Positions 1 to 11,286 of a DNA stretch of 64,000 nucleotides are shown here, in pieces. Below the pieces are notes generated by a model. The model did no database searches. It saw only the letters and a program-made list of their open reading frames with translations, and was not told where the DNA came from. This DNA is from a virus. The DNA lies in the IMG/VR virus record IMGVR_UViG_3300021961_008712, positions 64,001 through 128,000 of that record, one strand, 5' to 3'. Positions within the stretch are counted from its first letter, which is position 1. Each line of letters opens with the position of its first letter. A program made the translations under genes and the position numbers.

Positions 1-162
1 CAAGAAATTTTAGGCTATGAACACAAGACAGACTTACATACAGGTCTTTATAAAATGTGGGATTGGGCACAAAAACAACCTAAAAGAAGTAGATTCTTTT
101 GGAATGAATATGAATTAGATAAAGGAATATATAGCTTCTGGAAAAATGAACCTGGTATTTGA
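1..162 (+). CDS. C-terminal end of NAD-dependent epimerase/dehydratase (partial, runs off window start)
   Basis: Frame 1 is open from base 1 (QEILGYEHKTDLHTGLIKMWDWA...SFWKNEPGI*). The 'LGY..K..L..GL..MW.W' pattern resembles extended-SDR sugar epimerase C-termini, and the context is glycan genes. Confidence 0.6.
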   Translation, partial: QEILGYEHKTDLHTGLYKMWDWAQKQPKRSRFFWNEYELDKGIYSFWKNEPGI

Positions 163-1468
163 AGATTTAAAATTTCAACTAAACCTCTATAAGGAGGATG
201 ATAAAATACTAAGCGGTGAAGACCGTGTATGTGTATCTCCATATGCTAATAGAGTAAATATAATGAGAGATAGACAGCATTCTCTCCATCAATTAGATAA
301 TAAGCTAATATACGAAAATGACATATTTGAAGTTACTAAATACCACGCAGATGATATCCCAGATGGAATATCGTATATTATTCCGGTAGGCGTTCATGAA
401 TCGCCCCAAAGCTGGGCAGGATATAAAAACGTGAGTTCTATATTCGACCTTATAAGTCCTCTATATTTAAAGCATTTAAGAGAAGGAAGAGCATATATTA
501 TGTTTGATAGTTCCTTAGAAGGATATCATGATGATGCTTTTTTTGAATTTGCTCATTCTGAATGTAATAGACTTAAAATACCAATAAAGAATATAATTTG
601 GGTATCTGGAAATTCTATCATAGAAGATAGAGCTTTTGAGTGGAGTAACATGACTGGCAAAGAATGCATTAGAGTTATAGGATATAGTCACTTTCAATAC
701 GACATTACAGATAACATAGATTTCTTTAATGCAAAGAGACAGTACATACCTACTTGGCAAGACCAGTTTGACTATAAAACAAGAAATTACGAATTAATTA
801 AAGATTATAATTTTCTAAACCGTAAACCTAGGTCACATAGAATTGCATTTTTCAATATGCTTTTTCACAACGGACACCTAAGTAACGGACTAGTAAGTAT
901 GAATCCTTGGGAAGGAAATAAGGACTGCTATATAGACGGATGGTATGCTGATCCAATACAGCTTGAACATTCCCTAGAATATACTCCTTTGAGATGGAAC
1001 GGAGAAGATAATATTAGTAATGCTCAAGATAAAATTAATAGGTTAAACGAAACAGCAATGCTTAACTCCTGGTTCACAGTTGTTAGTGAAGCAAGATTTG
1101 ACGACTCAGAAGGGACTATATTTTTATCTGAAAAAACTTTTAAGCCTATAGCCTGTTGTCATCCTTTTGTTATATTAGGTAATAAAGGTAGCTTGAAGGA
1201 ATTGAGAAAATTAGGATTCTACACTTTTGATTTTCTTATTAATGAGACTTATGATGAATTAGATAATATCGAAAGACTAGAAGCAATAGAAAAAATAATC
1301 AATGACTTTAGACATATGGATAACCATTTAGAATGGTTCCAATGGATGAGACCTAGACTAGAATACAACAGACTGGTCTTAAAGTTTAACAGTACAATGA
1401 AACCACCCCCAGGTTTCCATATATTAAATGAATTATGTGGCACTATCATAGAGAAAAACTTAAGTTAA
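146..1468 (+). CDS. Glycosyltransferase-like protein (GT-B, GT10-like C-terminal motif)
   Basis: Motifs LNRKPRSHR and SEKTFKPIACCHPFVILG...GFYTF...ETYD, shared with five other ORFs in the window. Confidence 0.55.
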   Translation: MNLVFEDLKFQLNLYKEDDKILSGEDRVCVSPYANRVNIMRDRQHSLHQLDNKLIYENDIFEVTKYHADDIPDGISYIIPVGVHESPQSWAGYKNVSSIFDLISPLYLKHLREGRAYIMFDSSLEGYHDDAFFEFAHSECNRLKIPIKNIIWVSGNSIIEDRAFEWSNMTGKECIRVIGYSHFQYDITDNIDFFNAKRQYIPTWQDQFDYKTRNYELIKDYNFLNRKPRSHRIAFFNMLFHNGHLSNGLVSMNPWEGNKDCYIDGWYADPIQLEHSLEYTPLRWNGEDNISNAQDKINRLNETAMLNSWFTVVSEARFDDSEGTIFLSEKTFKPIACCHPFVILGNKGSLKELRKLGFYTFDFLINETYDELDNIERLEAIEKIINDFRHMDNHLEWFQWMRPRLEYNRLVLKFNSTMKPPPGFHILNELCGTIIEKNLS

Positions 1469-2376
1469 CTAAAAATTCCAAAGCCCTAATAGTGTTAGGA
1501 GATTCTTTTGTCGAAGGACAAGGAGCGTTGACTGACTATGTATGGGAAAAATACGGCTGGTCTGAAGAAAACTTTAACCGTATAGGATGTGTCAAAGATG
1601 GGACTTGGAATCCTGAGCATGAGTATATTAGAACTGAAGAAATGAATAATGCATTTCCAAGTGTTATATGTCGGAATTATCTGAAAGATTGGACACCGGT
1701 AAATTTAGGATTTAGGGGTAATGGAAACCGAGCTGGAGTAAAAGCACTAACCACATGCTACCCAGATCTCAATTTACATCTTCCTAAAGAAAAAATTGTA
1801 ATATTTCTTGTAGGTCAGTTATGTAGGTTTGATTTTGTTGCTAAAGATTATGATTCACATTCTATGTGGCATACTATTTGGCCTCATGCTGATCCCGTTA
1901 CTGATAATATTGGAATAAAACATTTGTGGAATGGTTACGCTACTGAAATACATAACGATTTAACAGAAATGTTAGAACTTATATTTTTAGTAAAGGAATT
2001 ACAAATGTGGTGTGCATTACATAATGCTAAGTTAGTATTAATTAATTCTTTTGAATACAATTTTGATAAAACTCATTTTCTAAAAGTAGCACAGAGCCAT
2101 AACTACCCTAAGTACGTAAAACTATTAGTTGATGAATTTCCTTGGGACCTAGTAATGAAACATCCTAACGGAAAACGAGCACTAATAGATGAATTATTAG
2201 ATGCAGAAGGAAGATTAGATCTAACTGATAGCCAGCATAAATTTTATTTTTGGGCTAAAGAATATAAAAAAGGTACCCCTAACGGATATTTTACACCATG
2301 TGCTCACCCAACTATTAAAGGGCATGAACTTTATGCAAAACTAATTTACCAACACTTAAAAGAAAACGTACTTTGA
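1435..2376 (+). CDS. SGNH/GDSL-hydrolase-like protein
   Basis: N-terminal LGDSFVEGQG, NLGFRGNGN, and C-terminal HPTIKGHEL. Confidence 0.55.
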   Translation: MWHYHREKLKLTKNSKALIVLGDSFVEGQGALTDYVWEKYGWSEENFNRIGCVKDGTWNPEHEYIRTEEMNNAFPSVICRNYLKDWTPVNLGFRGNGNRAGVKALTTCYPDLNLHLPKEKIVIFLVGQLCRFDFVAKDYDSHSMWHTIWPHADPVTDNIGIKHLWNGYATEIHNDLTEMLELIFLVKELQMWCALHNAKLVLINSFEYNFDKTHFLKVAQSHNYPKYVKLLVDEFPWDLVMKHPNGKRALIDELLDAEGRLDLTDSQHKFYFWAKEYKKGTPNGYFTPCAHPTIKGHELYAKLIYQHLKENVL

Positions 2377-3749
2377 TGGAAACATACCTACCGGTCGGTA
2401 AAGATACATTTAAATGGGAAGACTTTAGACTTACTTTAAGTATGGAAGGGTATGATTCTATTTATGGGGGTCCAAGACCTAATGGAACTTCCCGTACTTG
2501 GTACTATAAAGAGACAGGTAAAATTCAACCTCCATACACATTAGGTAGATGGAACTTTTTTGATGAAGAAGGTAAGTGGTTTCAAAACGATATGCTTCGG
2601 TTACAGCATCAACCGCATGTTATAGATCAACACCACTGTCATTATAAATTTAAAGAAGAATTAAAGGAAGGAGAAGAACACCTTTACATTATTACTGTTT
2701 TTAACCCTCACTATTTTAACATAAATAGAGAACTAGGATTTTCAGTAATTGATGAAAGATACAAAAAAGATGTAATTGAAGGTCGATGTGCTATTGTTAT
2801 ATTCTACCCCTGGGAAGGTTATTCCGGGATGGAAGGTAACAACGACTTTTTAATTGTTGAGGAATGGAGAAAAAAAGCTAAATTCCCTGAAGGATCTGTT
2901 CATTTTTTTACAGGTAATTTAACTGCAAAATATCATCCACATACTAAAGAGAGTGGAACAGTGTTTCATACTTTAAGTACTTTTGATAATTGGAACAGTG
3001 ATACAGCAGATTACCCTTTAATTGGGTTTGAACCAGAAGAGAATAAATACCTTTTTCTTTCCTATAATAGAAACCCACGTCAACCTAGAGTATACTTAGG
3101 GGCAAAATTACACGAAGAAGGTTTATTAGATAAAGGCAAAGTAAGTCTCGGAAAACCAGAGTGGTTAGATTCTAATGTAGGCAATACAATGAGACATGAT
3201 GGTATTCGAGATAAAGACTGGATTTGGCTATCTAAAAATCTTCCTATTGAATTAGGAAAAAATTTACATTTTAACTTAGCTTGTAACGTAACCCATGAAG
3301 ACTATATTAAAACGTTTTGTTCAATAGTAACAGAAACATTAGTCGAACCAGGAACTATTTTTATCTCAGAAAAAACTTGGAAGTGTTTTCAAGTTGGGCA
3401 TCCTTTCTTTTTAGTAGGTAATAGATTTACACTAAACCACCTTAGGAATGAAGGATATCAAACTTTTGGTGAATGGTTTGACGAATCATATGATAATATA
3501 GACGACTATAGATTACGAATTAATTCTATTATAAGTGAGATTAGGAGGTTAGAAAAGTACTCTATTGAAGATTTGAAAACTATTAGGAGTGAAATGAAAG
3601 ACATTTTAGAGTTTAACAAAAAACTACACTATAGACAGTTAGTAGATAAATGGGGCTTCCACCAGTCTAATAAGCCGGTATGGGTACTAAAAGAATTAGA
3701 TAAGATCTATCAAAAACTCGTTAATAGAAACAAAATTGTGTTACTATAA
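2373..3749 (+). CDS. Glycosyltransferase-like protein (paralog)
   Basis: FLSYNRNPRQPR; SEKTWKCFQVGHPF; GYQTFGEWFDESYD. Confidence 0.55.
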   Translation: MMETYLPVGKDTFKWEDFRLTLSMEGYDSIYGGPRPNGTSRTWYYKETGKIQPPYTLGRWNFFDEEGKWFQNDMLRLQHQPHVIDQHHCHYKFKEELKEGEEHLYIITVFNPHYFNINRELGFSVIDERYKKDVIEGRCAIVIFYPWEGYSGMEGNNDFLIVEEWRKKAKFPEGSVHFFTGNLTAKYHPHTKESGTVFHTLSTFDNWNSDTADYPLIGFEPEENKYLFLSYNRNPRQPRVYLGAKLHEEGLLDKGKVSLGKPEWLDSNVGNTMRHDGIRDKDWIWLSKNLPIELGKNLHFNLACNVTHEDYIKTFCSIVTETLVEPGTIFISEKTWKCFQVGHPFFLVGNRFTLNHLRNEGYQTFGEWFDESYDNIDDYRLRINSIISEIRRLEKYSIEDLKTIRSEMKDILEFNKKLHYRQLVDKWGFHQSNKPVWVLKELDKIYQKLVNRNKIVLL

Positions 3750-5044
3750 TGAAAAAGCAAAAAATACTTCTTAGTGTAGAACCATGGGATAGTATATTAG
3801 GAACTAATAGACCTAATGGTACATCTAGAACATGGAATTATCAAGAGACAGGTACTCCATCTATACTGTATACAATTACTGAGGACTTACTTAATAGCTC
3901 TCCTGATGAAATCTTTCATAATACCACCCTTTTTATGTCCTCAGATGATTTTCATAAAGTAGAAATACATGAAATTGAAAATCAGAAACACCTATATGTT
4001 ATTCGAGTACTTAATCACCAATTTTTTAAACTAAACCTTAATACTGGATTCAGTGTAATATCTCCCAAAGTACTAGTAGACGTAAAAGAAGGAAAAGCAA
4101 GAATAATAATAGAAATGACATCAGAAGGTTTATACTTTTCTCATGCGGGTACTGAATTTTCTGTTATTGAGAGATGGAGAGTTAAAGAAGGATTACCTCC
4201 TCATAGCGTAACTATACTTTCCGGAAATTTGCTTTGTCAAAAAATTGTACAGGAAGCAGATTTAAAATTGAATGCATATCCTATATCTTCTTTTGAAGGG
4301 TTTTTCCCATTGTCTGAAGAAGATAAAGATCCTAATAAAATAGTTGACTATATTCCTTGTAATGATGCAAATATTTTCTTATCTTATAATAGAGCACAAC
4401 GATTACATAGAGCTTATTTAGTAGCTAAATTAAATGAAAATAATTTACTAAATAGAGGATTAATAAGCTATCAGATATCCGAGGCAGATTTTAGTAGATT
4501 AACACCAAATCTATACGATAGAGAAAAATGGAGAAAATTAAAATTATTAGGACCTAAATTTATAGATTCTGATCAACTAGAAAATCTGGCACAAAATACA
4601 AACATATCTCACTACGAAAAAACATTCTTAAGCATAATTACAGAAACAACTATTAACCCAGGATGCATCTTTTTTTCGGAAAAAATATTTAAGCCAATGG
4701 CGTTTGGACATCCTTTTTTACTTTTAGGAAACCCCCACTCTTTGAGTAAGTTAAAAGAAATGGGGTATAAAACGTTTGATACATGGTTCGATGAATCTTA
4801 TGATAATGAAGTAGATGAATTTAAACGTACAGAATTGATTGTAAAAGAAATAATAAAGTTAAAAAATCTTACCCAAGAAAAATTAAGCTCCATTAGGGAG
4901 GAGATGAAAGATGTTTTACTTCATAATAAAAGACACTATCTAGAACAAGCAGCTCTAAAGTTTAAGCATAGATACTACCTTCCTATAGAAGGAGAAATCA
5001 AAAACGAATGGAAAACTCTCTGCGAGGACTCTAAACTAATATGA
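3749..5044 (+). CDS. Glycosyltransferase-like protein (tandem paralog of 2373..3749)
   Basis: Shares RPNGTSRTW.Y.ETG at the N-terminus, plus FLSYNR, SEKIFKP..FGHPF and GYKTFDTWFDESYD. Confidence 0.55.
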   Translation: MKKQKILLSVEPWDSILGTNRPNGTSRTWNYQETGTPSILYTITEDLLNSSPDEIFHNTTLFMSSDDFHKVEIHEIENQKHLYVIRVLNHQFFKLNLNTGFSVISPKVLVDVKEGKARIIIEMTSEGLYFSHAGTEFSVIERWRVKEGLPPHSVTILSGNLLCQKIVQEADLKLNAYPISSFEGFFPLSEEDKDPNKIVDYIPCNDANIFLSYNRAQRLHRAYLVAKLNENNLLNRGLISYQISEADFSRLTPNLYDREKWRKLKLLGPKFIDSDQLENLAQNTNISHYEKTFLSIITETTINPGCIFFSEKIFKPMAFGHPFLLLGNPHSLSKLKEMGYKTFDTWFDESYDNEVDEFKRTELIVKEIIKLKNLTQEKLSSIREEMKDVLLHNKRHYLEQAALKFKHRYYLPIEGEIKNEWKTLCEDSKLI

Positions 5045-6933
5045 AAAACTTATACCTTGTACAAGTAGCCGACAAATATGGTCCAAATAGCTTTCTGCCT
5101 GTAGCGATTAGCTATCAGTGGATGTTTGCTAGTACAAGTAAGTTAGTAAAAGAAAACTTTAGAGTAGCTGATGTACTTATTGAAAAAAAGAATCCACATA
5201 AATATGTTGACTCTATAGTAGACGAACCTCACGTTATAATGCTCAGTTCTTACGTATGGAATTGGGAATATAATAAAGTCTTAGCTAGACTAATTAAAGC
5301 TAAATTCCCAAACTGTCTTGTAGTTACAGGTGGACCTAATGTAGATAAAAGAGATAAAGACTTTTTTACTAACTATCCTATGTTTGATATAGCAGTCATG
5401 GGCGAAGGAGAACAAGCATCAAAAGAGATCTTAAAAAGATATCTCAAAAAAGAATCTTATAAAGGTATTCCTCATGTATTTCCAAAAGGAGGTGAGCTAT
5501 GCCCATTACCTCAAAGAGCTGAAGACTTAAACATAATACCCTCACCTATACTTACAGGCTTTTATGACTGGATAATAGAAAGAGTTGAAGCAGAGCACGG
5601 ACCTCAAATGTGGCAGGTAACTTATGAAACACTAAGAGGTTGTCCCTATAGGTGTTCTTTTTGCGATATCGGAGACTTATACTGGCAAAAGCTAAAACTT
5701 TTTGACCTACCTAGAGTAGAAAAAGAAATAGATTGGATGTCAGATAGAAAAATAGAATATGTAGCAGTTTGCGACTCCAATTGGGGATTAATGCCTAGAG
5801 ATGTTGATATAACAAAGTATGTAATTAAAAAGAAATTAGAAACTGGATTTCCTAAATTCTGGGATGTAACCTGGGCAAAAGCTAACTCAGACAGAATCTA
5901 TGAAATTGCAATGCTTGATAAAAAAGCCGGTACTCGTTTGTTTAAAGGAGTTACTTTTGCTATGCAATCCCTTCATCAAGAGACCTTAGATGCCTCTAGA
6001 AGGTTAAATTTAAAGTATGAGGATGCTTTTGAATACTTAATTAAGTACCGTGAAGCAGATATACCTACTTACTCAGAGTTAATCTGGCCTATGCCTGAAG
6101 AAACTTATGACTCTCTTAAAAGCGGGATACAGAAACTTATTGATATTGGTCAAAAAGATTTCTTAATGGTACACCCACTTGTTTTAACTTTTAATGCTGA
6201 AATGGGACAACCTGCATATAGAGAAAAATACGGGTTATTATTTAAAGAAGTTCCTTTAGATACTTTTTACCTTAGTGTAGAAGATTTAGAAGACTATATC
6301 GTTGAAAAGACATGGGGTGTAATTGGAACTAACACAGCATCCCCACAAGAGGTATATAGAGGTCATTTATTATCCCATCTATTAATAGTTATGTACTATT
6401 ACGGCTGGGGTCATTATCTTCTTGAATATCTTAAATCTAAATATAACATTGATCATGTAGATGTTATAGAAAAAATGTTAGAATACTTTATGGAAACTCC
6501 TAGTTTAATTGGATCTGAATTACAAGAGACTATTAATGGACTAACAGGAGTATTTAATGAACAAAAATTTTGGGGTAGACAGGTTTTAGGCGACGATGAT
6601 GTATTTTGGGAGTACAAAGGAGCGACTAGTATAGTATTTTTTCAAAACAGAGATAAACTAAGTTTAGAACTAAACAATTTCTGTAAAGAAGCCCTTAATA
6701 TAGATGCATCAGACGCTATTAGGCTCAACTTAGATATGTGTCACGATCCTAATCGTAATTATCCTCTTACTAACACATACGAGGAAGATACGGTACTTAA
6801 CTGTTTAAATAGTTATGATAAGACTATAACGATAGACCACTACGACAAAACAGAAATGACAGAAAAAGAGTTTTTTCATACGGCCTATCACTATCAACGT
6901 AAAAATAGATATTGGAGATGTCAAATTTTATAG
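5041..6933 (+). CDS. Cobalamin-binding radical SAM enzyme (class B methyltransferase-like)
   Basis: N-terminal B12-binding-like domain (SSYVWN, VVTGGP, GEGE) followed by RGCPYRCSFC (CxxxCxxC). Confidence 0.8.
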   Translation: MKNLYLVQVADKYGPNSFLPVAISYQWMFASTSKLVKENFRVADVLIEKKNPHKYVDSIVDEPHVIMLSSYVWNWEYNKVLARLIKAKFPNCLVVTGGPNVDKRDKDFFTNYPMFDIAVMGEGEQASKEILKRYLKKESYKGIPHVFPKGGELCPLPQRAEDLNIIPSPILTGFYDWIIERVEAEHGPQMWQVTYETLRGCPYRCSFCDIGDLYWQKLKLFDLPRVEKEIDWMSDRKIEYVAVCDSNWGLMPRDVDITKYVIKKKLETGFPKFWDVTWAKANSDRIYEIAMLDKKAGTRLFKGVTFAMQSLHQETLDASRRLNLKYEDAFEYLIKYREADIPTYSELIWPMPEETYDSLKSGIQKLIDIGQKDFLMVHPLVLTFNAEMGQPAYREKYGLLFKEVPLDTFYLSVEDLEDYIVEKTWGVIGTNTASPQEVYRGHLLSHLLIVMYYYGWGHYLLEYLKSKYNIDHVDVIEKMLEYFMETPSLIGSELQETINGLTGVFNEQKFWGRQVLGDDDVFWEYKGATSIVFFQNRDKLSLELNNFCKEALNIDASDAIRLNLDMCHDPNRNYPLTNTYEEDTVLNCLNSYDKTITIDHYDKTEMTEKEFFHTAYHYQRKNRYWRCQIL

Positions 6934-6942
6934 ATAAACAAA

Positions 6943-8007
6943 ATGATATACGACTCTAAAGATAGCTTTCTCTATGTAAACGTATGGGAATGGTTAACCC
7001 CAGACGATGTACTAAATTTTATTAATTTACATAAAGTAGATAACCTAGTTTTTGATTCTACTTCTGAACCGTTTTTATTTGACCCCAACAATCGCTTGGA
7101 TGAACTTTTTTTTGATGGATTAAATAATCTCAATTTAAGAAAGTGTAATATATTTACAGGTCATTTTATAGATAATGAAACTATAAACAAATTCCCTAAT
7201 TTAAAATTCAGTACTTTTCCATTCATTTTTCTAAGTAAAACAGCAGCATGCTCACATACTGGTTTTAATTTTCCTCTTTTAACTTTTGATAAAGAGAACA
7301 TAAAAACTTTATTTCATTCCCATATAGGTAGACCTAGAGAGCATAGATGTATGCTTATAGACTACTTAAGTAAGGAAGGTTTATTTGATTACTCTACTAT
7401 GAGCTATGTAATTAATATAAGTGAATATATTGGTTCAAATAACAAGGAACATATAGACGGTTATTTTAAATACAAATATTGGACAGAAACTAAACTTATT
7501 GATAGTAGTGATAAAGGAGTAGAGACTGCTTTTATTGACAATTATGCTAAACCTGGAGAACAGTACATTAATAGCTTATTTGATTTAGTTCAAGAAACCA
7601 GCCCTGATCATATATTCTGGACAGAAAAAACCTGGAAGCCTGTTTTATATGAAAAGCCTTTCATTATTTGGGGAGCACCAAAAATTAATAGTAGATTAAA
7701 AGAGTTTGGATTTAAATTATTTGATTCTGTAGTAGATTATAGTTTTGACGAAATAGAAGACACAGAGGAAAGAGCTAAAGCATTAGTTAGTGAGTTAAAA
7801 AGACTTTCATCCGGTAATTATCAACAAATGTACAGTGATATGAGAGATGTTTGTGAAACAAATAGAAAACAGGCTATAGAGATTATTTATAATGAAAAAT
7901 CTGAGAGACCTATTTTTTCTCAAATAAGCAAACTAACCTCCAGATTTAGTCAACTTATCTTTAATTTTGACGAATTAAATATATGTCAACACCAGATACA
8001 ATTATAA
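6943..8007 (+). CDS. Glycosyltransferase-like protein (paralog)
   Basis: GRPREHR; WTEKTWKPVLYEKPFIIWG; GFKLFDSVVDYSFD. Confidence 0.55.
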   Translation: MIYDSKDSFLYVNVWEWLTPDDVLNFINLHKVDNLVFDSTSEPFLFDPNNRLDELFFDGLNNLNLRKCNIFTGHFIDNETINKFPNLKFSTFPFIFLSKTAACSHTGFNFPLLTFDKENIKTLFHSHIGRPREHRCMLIDYLSKEGLFDYSTMSYVINISEYIGSNNKEHIDGYFKYKYWTETKLIDSSDKGVETAFIDNYAKPGEQYINSLFDLVQETSPDHIFWTEKTWKPVLYEKPFIIWGAPKINSRLKEFGFKLFDSVVDYSFDEIEDTEERAKALVSELKRLSSGNYQQMYSDMRDVCETNRKQAIEIIYNEKSERPIFSQISKLTSRFSQLIFNFDELNICQHQIQL

Positions 8008-8008
8008 G

Positions 8009-9091
8009 ATGTCACCTAAAGTAAGAATAATAAATCAGTGGAGTAATGAGTATAATGTCGCCGACTATCAATGGTGGTACAATGATTTATTAGAGCAAAA
8101 TTACGATGTTCTAATTTTTAACGGACTATGGGAATGGGAATTTTATCATCCTTGGGATCATAAAAACGAATGGAAATATAAATTTGAAAAATTAGTATAC
8201 GAAAGAGGAGTACAAATTTATATACTCCATGGTACAAACGGTCCTATACATAAAGGAAGAGTAAAAACTACTGTACCTGGAGATACTGTTTATATGCACT
8301 TTCCTTTATTTTGGCTATACTGTACAGGGTTTTATGGAAGAGGAGCCGTAGATGATCCTGAAGGACATATCTTAACATATGATCTTGAACATAATAAAAG
8401 ACATTCTCAACCCATCAACCCAGATACATTGTTTATTAGCCTAGTTAATAAAGCACACGACCATCGCTGTTATGGAATGGATCAACTTGCTAGGTATAAG
8501 ATACTTACAAACGGAGTAGCTAAAAATGGAATTATAAATTATAGCTGGCACGATCAGTTAGATCAGAGTAAAGACTACCCATTCGTGTATTGGAAGTACC
8601 AAAAGACCTCTTTATCTGATCCTTATTCTGTGAATTTAGATTCATATATGACTACCCCTGATGAACAATTTAGTTCTGCATTTAATATAGTTTTTGAATC
8701 TCATATGCACGAAACATTTTGGACCGAAAAAACATTTACTGCAATACTACTAGGTAAACCCTTTTTAATTTTAGGCGGGGAAGATATGAATATCGGTCTT
8801 AGTCCTTATGGATTTGAAAAATTTGATGAGGTTATCGATTACAGTATTGATTTAGATCCAAATTATCAATCTAGATACAGTAGATATGCTCAAAACCTAG
8901 CAAATATAAAACAAGAATATTTGGGTAAAGAAAAAGAACTTTATAATCTACTTAAACCAAAAGCAGAACACAATAAGCAACTAATGATTACAATTCTTAA
9001 AGAAAAAAAATTTATACCTCCTGCTATCAAAGAGCTTTTAGAAAGATACAATGTAGCAAATAAAGTGGGAGGATTTGATTTTTTACTTTAA
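8009..9091 (+). CDS. Glycosyltransferase-like protein (paralog)
   Basis: NKAHDHR; WTEKTFTAILLGKPFLILG; GFEKFDEVIDYSID. Confidence 0.55.
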   Translation: MSPKVRIINQWSNEYNVADYQWWYNDLLEQNYDVLIFNGLWEWEFYHPWDHKNEWKYKFEKLVYERGVQIYILHGTNGPIHKGRVKTTVPGDTVYMHFPLFWLYCTGFYGRGAVDDPEGHILTYDLEHNKRHSQPINPDTLFISLVNKAHDHRCYGMDQLARYKILTNGVAKNGIINYSWHDQLDQSKDYPFVYWKYQKTSLSDPYSVNLDSYMTTPDEQFSSAFNIVFESHMHETFWTEKTFTAILLGKPFLILGGEDMNIGLSPYGFEKFDEVIDYSIDLDPNYQSRYSRYAQNLANIKQEYLGKEKELYNLLKPKAEHNKQLMITILKEKKFIPPAIKELLERYNVANKVGGFDFLL

Positions 9092-9096
9092 AAAAG

Positions 9097-9126
9097 TTGT
9101 TTTTTTGATATTTATTTTATATATTG
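9097..9126 (+). promoter_or_regulatory. Bacteroidota-type promoter TTG-N20-TATATTG
   Basis: Same motif and spacing as more than ten other intergenic copies; directly upstream of ugd. Confidence 0.55.
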
Positions 9127-9149
9127 TTATTAACTAAAACACAGTTTTC

Positions 9150-10319
9150 ATGAAAATAGGATTTATAGGAGTCGGCAAATTAGGAAAAGACGCAGCCGAA
9201 GTAATGGCAGAAAAACACGACGTATTAGGATACGACGTTGCCGACGTCAAACCAGAAAATTTTCAAATGGTACCTACGATCAAGGATGTATGCCAAGATC
9301 GAGAAATGATTTTCATTGCCGTACCTACTCCACACCACCCAGACTACGATGGTAGATATCCTACTGCTCATTTACCTAACAAAGACTTTAACTATACGAT
9401 AGTAAAAGATGTATTAACAGAAGTAAATAAGCATGTAACTAAGGATCAACTTGTAGTTTTAATTTCAACAGTACTTCCCGGAACAATCCGTAGAGAGTTT
9501 ATTAACTTAATTCCTAACGGTAGATTTATTTATAACCCATACTTAATTGCTATGGGAACAGTAAAGTGGGATATGGTTAATCCTGAAATGGTTATTATTG
9601 GAACTGAGGACGGTTCTATGACCGGTGATGCACAGTTACTTTTAGATTTTTATAGAACATTTATTAAAGAAGGTACTAGATATGAAGTTGGTACTTGGGA
9701 TGAAGCAGAAGGAATTAAAATTTTCTATAATACATTTATCTCTACAAAAGTTGCACTAGTTAATATGATTCAAGACGTTGCTGAAAAATCAGGTAACATG
9801 AATGTAGACGTAGTAGCAGGAGCATTAGAGAGATCAACTTATAGAATCTTAGGACCAGCTTACATGAAAGCAGGAATGGGAGATGGTGGTGGTTGTCACC
9901 CAAGAGATAATATCGCTTTGCGCTATATGGCTGAAAGTCTAGATTTAGGTTATGACTTGTTTGATGCAATTATGAATGCTAGAGAAGTACAAGCTAAAAA
10001 TATGGCTCAAAAGTTAGTTGATATTGCTAACGACAGTAAACTACCTATCATTATTCTAGGCAAAGCATATAAACCAGACGTAGACTATATTGACGGTTCT
10101 TCTTCTATATTAGTCGGTCATTATTGTTCTGAATTGGGTATAGTACCTGAATTTGATCAACCTAATCCGTACAAAGCAGTTTACCTATTAGCACATATGG
10201 GTAAGGATCATGATTATGATTTCCCTGCTGGTTCCGTAGTTGTAGATCCATGGAGAGCGTTTATACCAAAGAACGACTCAATTGATGTAGTGCACTATGG
10301 CAACACCAGAATACAATAG
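9150..10319 (+). CDS. ugd: UDP-glucose/GDP-mannose 6-dehydrogenase family protein
   Basis: Rossmann GVGKLG, FIAVPTP, STVLPGT, catalytic GGGCHPRD, LGKAYKPD. Confidence 0.85.
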   Translation: MKIGFIGVGKLGKDAAEVMAEKHDVLGYDVADVKPENFQMVPTIKDVCQDREMIFIAVPTPHHPDYDGRYPTAHLPNKDFNYTIVKDVLTEVNKHVTKDQLVVLISTVLPGTIRREFINLIPNGRFIYNPYLIAMGTVKWDMVNPEMVIIGTEDGSMTGDAQLLLDFYRTFIKEGTRYEVGTWDEAEGIKIFYNTFISTKVALVNMIQDVAEKSGNMNVDVVAGALERSTYRILGPAYMKAGMGDGGGCHPRDNIALRYMAESLDLGYDLFDAIMNAREVQAKNMAQKLVDIANDSKLPIIILGKAYKPDVDYIDGSSSILVGHYCSELGIVPEFDQPNPYKAVYLLAHMGKDHDYDFPAGSVVVDPWRAFIPKNDSIDVVHYGNTRIQ

Positions 10320-11286
10320 GCTTTTTGCAGTAGGATGTAGTTATACTAATTACGCGACTCCTACCTACGCTGACATACTAGGGCTGAATTTCTACAAAAC
10401 AGTCAACATGGGTAAATCAGGCGGAGGTAATAGGTACATATTTAATACACTTTGTTATGTATTTAATGAACTTAAGCCTAAAAAAGGCGACGTAGTAATA
10501 GCCCAATGGTCAGGAATTGCTAGATATGATTCAATTATAGGACAAAGTGTAGATTGGTCTACCCCGGGAAACTTAAATTGGCAAGGTATCTATCCTCTAG
10601 ACGAATTTGTTAAGCCTTGGTTTAATATAGTGGAAAGAGCGTACGAATATGTTAGCTATATTACTGCCATCGCCGCACTCGCCAAACAATCAGAAGCCAC
10701 TTTTATTAATACTAATATGTTTGACCCGTGGCATGGTATGTTTTACGGAGAACCTTTTCAAACAGAAGTATTTAACTCCCAACTCAAGTACATTAATAGA
10801 TACTTTCCAAAAGAATTAATGCAAAGAACTTGTCAAGAGTTAAACTTTCCAACAAGTATCGAAGAATACCAGTGGCAAGTTGGTCCTTTCGCGCAGCCTT
10901 ATTTATTTAATAAGACAGGCCAAGGTATATACGATACTGATCTTCCTGATGGTACTCAAAGAGATACTCACCCTACCACTAAAGGACATCACGAGTACGC
11001 TAAGTATATAGATAAATTATATGAATTAGGATGTAACCATATATATTCTGATGCTGTTACAGCAGTAGTAGATAAAGTACATGCAGATCAAACAGACCCT
11101 ACATTCTCCTTTATAAAATCTAGAAAAGATAAAATGTACGAATCTTCGGCGAAATCAAACGTAAGTTATGACCCACAGTACTTTTACCATAAAGTAAAAG
11201 CCAAGGGTCATTATTTTCAACGCCACCATTCTTTAGATATACATGGATACTCTAATGACCCGGTAAAGAGATGGCTAAAGCAGTAA
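10297..11286 (+). CDS. SGNH-like protein
   Basis: AVGCSYT, NMGKSGGGN, QWSGIAR, DTHPTTKGH. Confidence 0.5.
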   Translation: MATPEYNRLFAVGCSYTNYATPTYADILGLNFYKTVNMGKSGGGNRYIFNTLCYVFNELKPKKGDVVIAQWSGIARYDSIIGQSVDWSTPGNLNWQGIYPLDEFVKPWFNIVERAYEYVSYITAIAALAKQSEATFINTNMFDPWHGMFYGEPFQTEVFNSQLKYINRYFPKELMQRTCQELNFPTSIEEYQWQVGPFAQPYLFNKTGQGIYDTDLPDGTQRDTHPTTKGHHEYAKYIDKLYELGCNHIYSDAVTAVVDKVHADQTDPTFSFIKSRKDKMYESSAKSNVSYDPQYFYHKVKAKGHYFQRHHSLDIHGYSNDPVKRWLKQ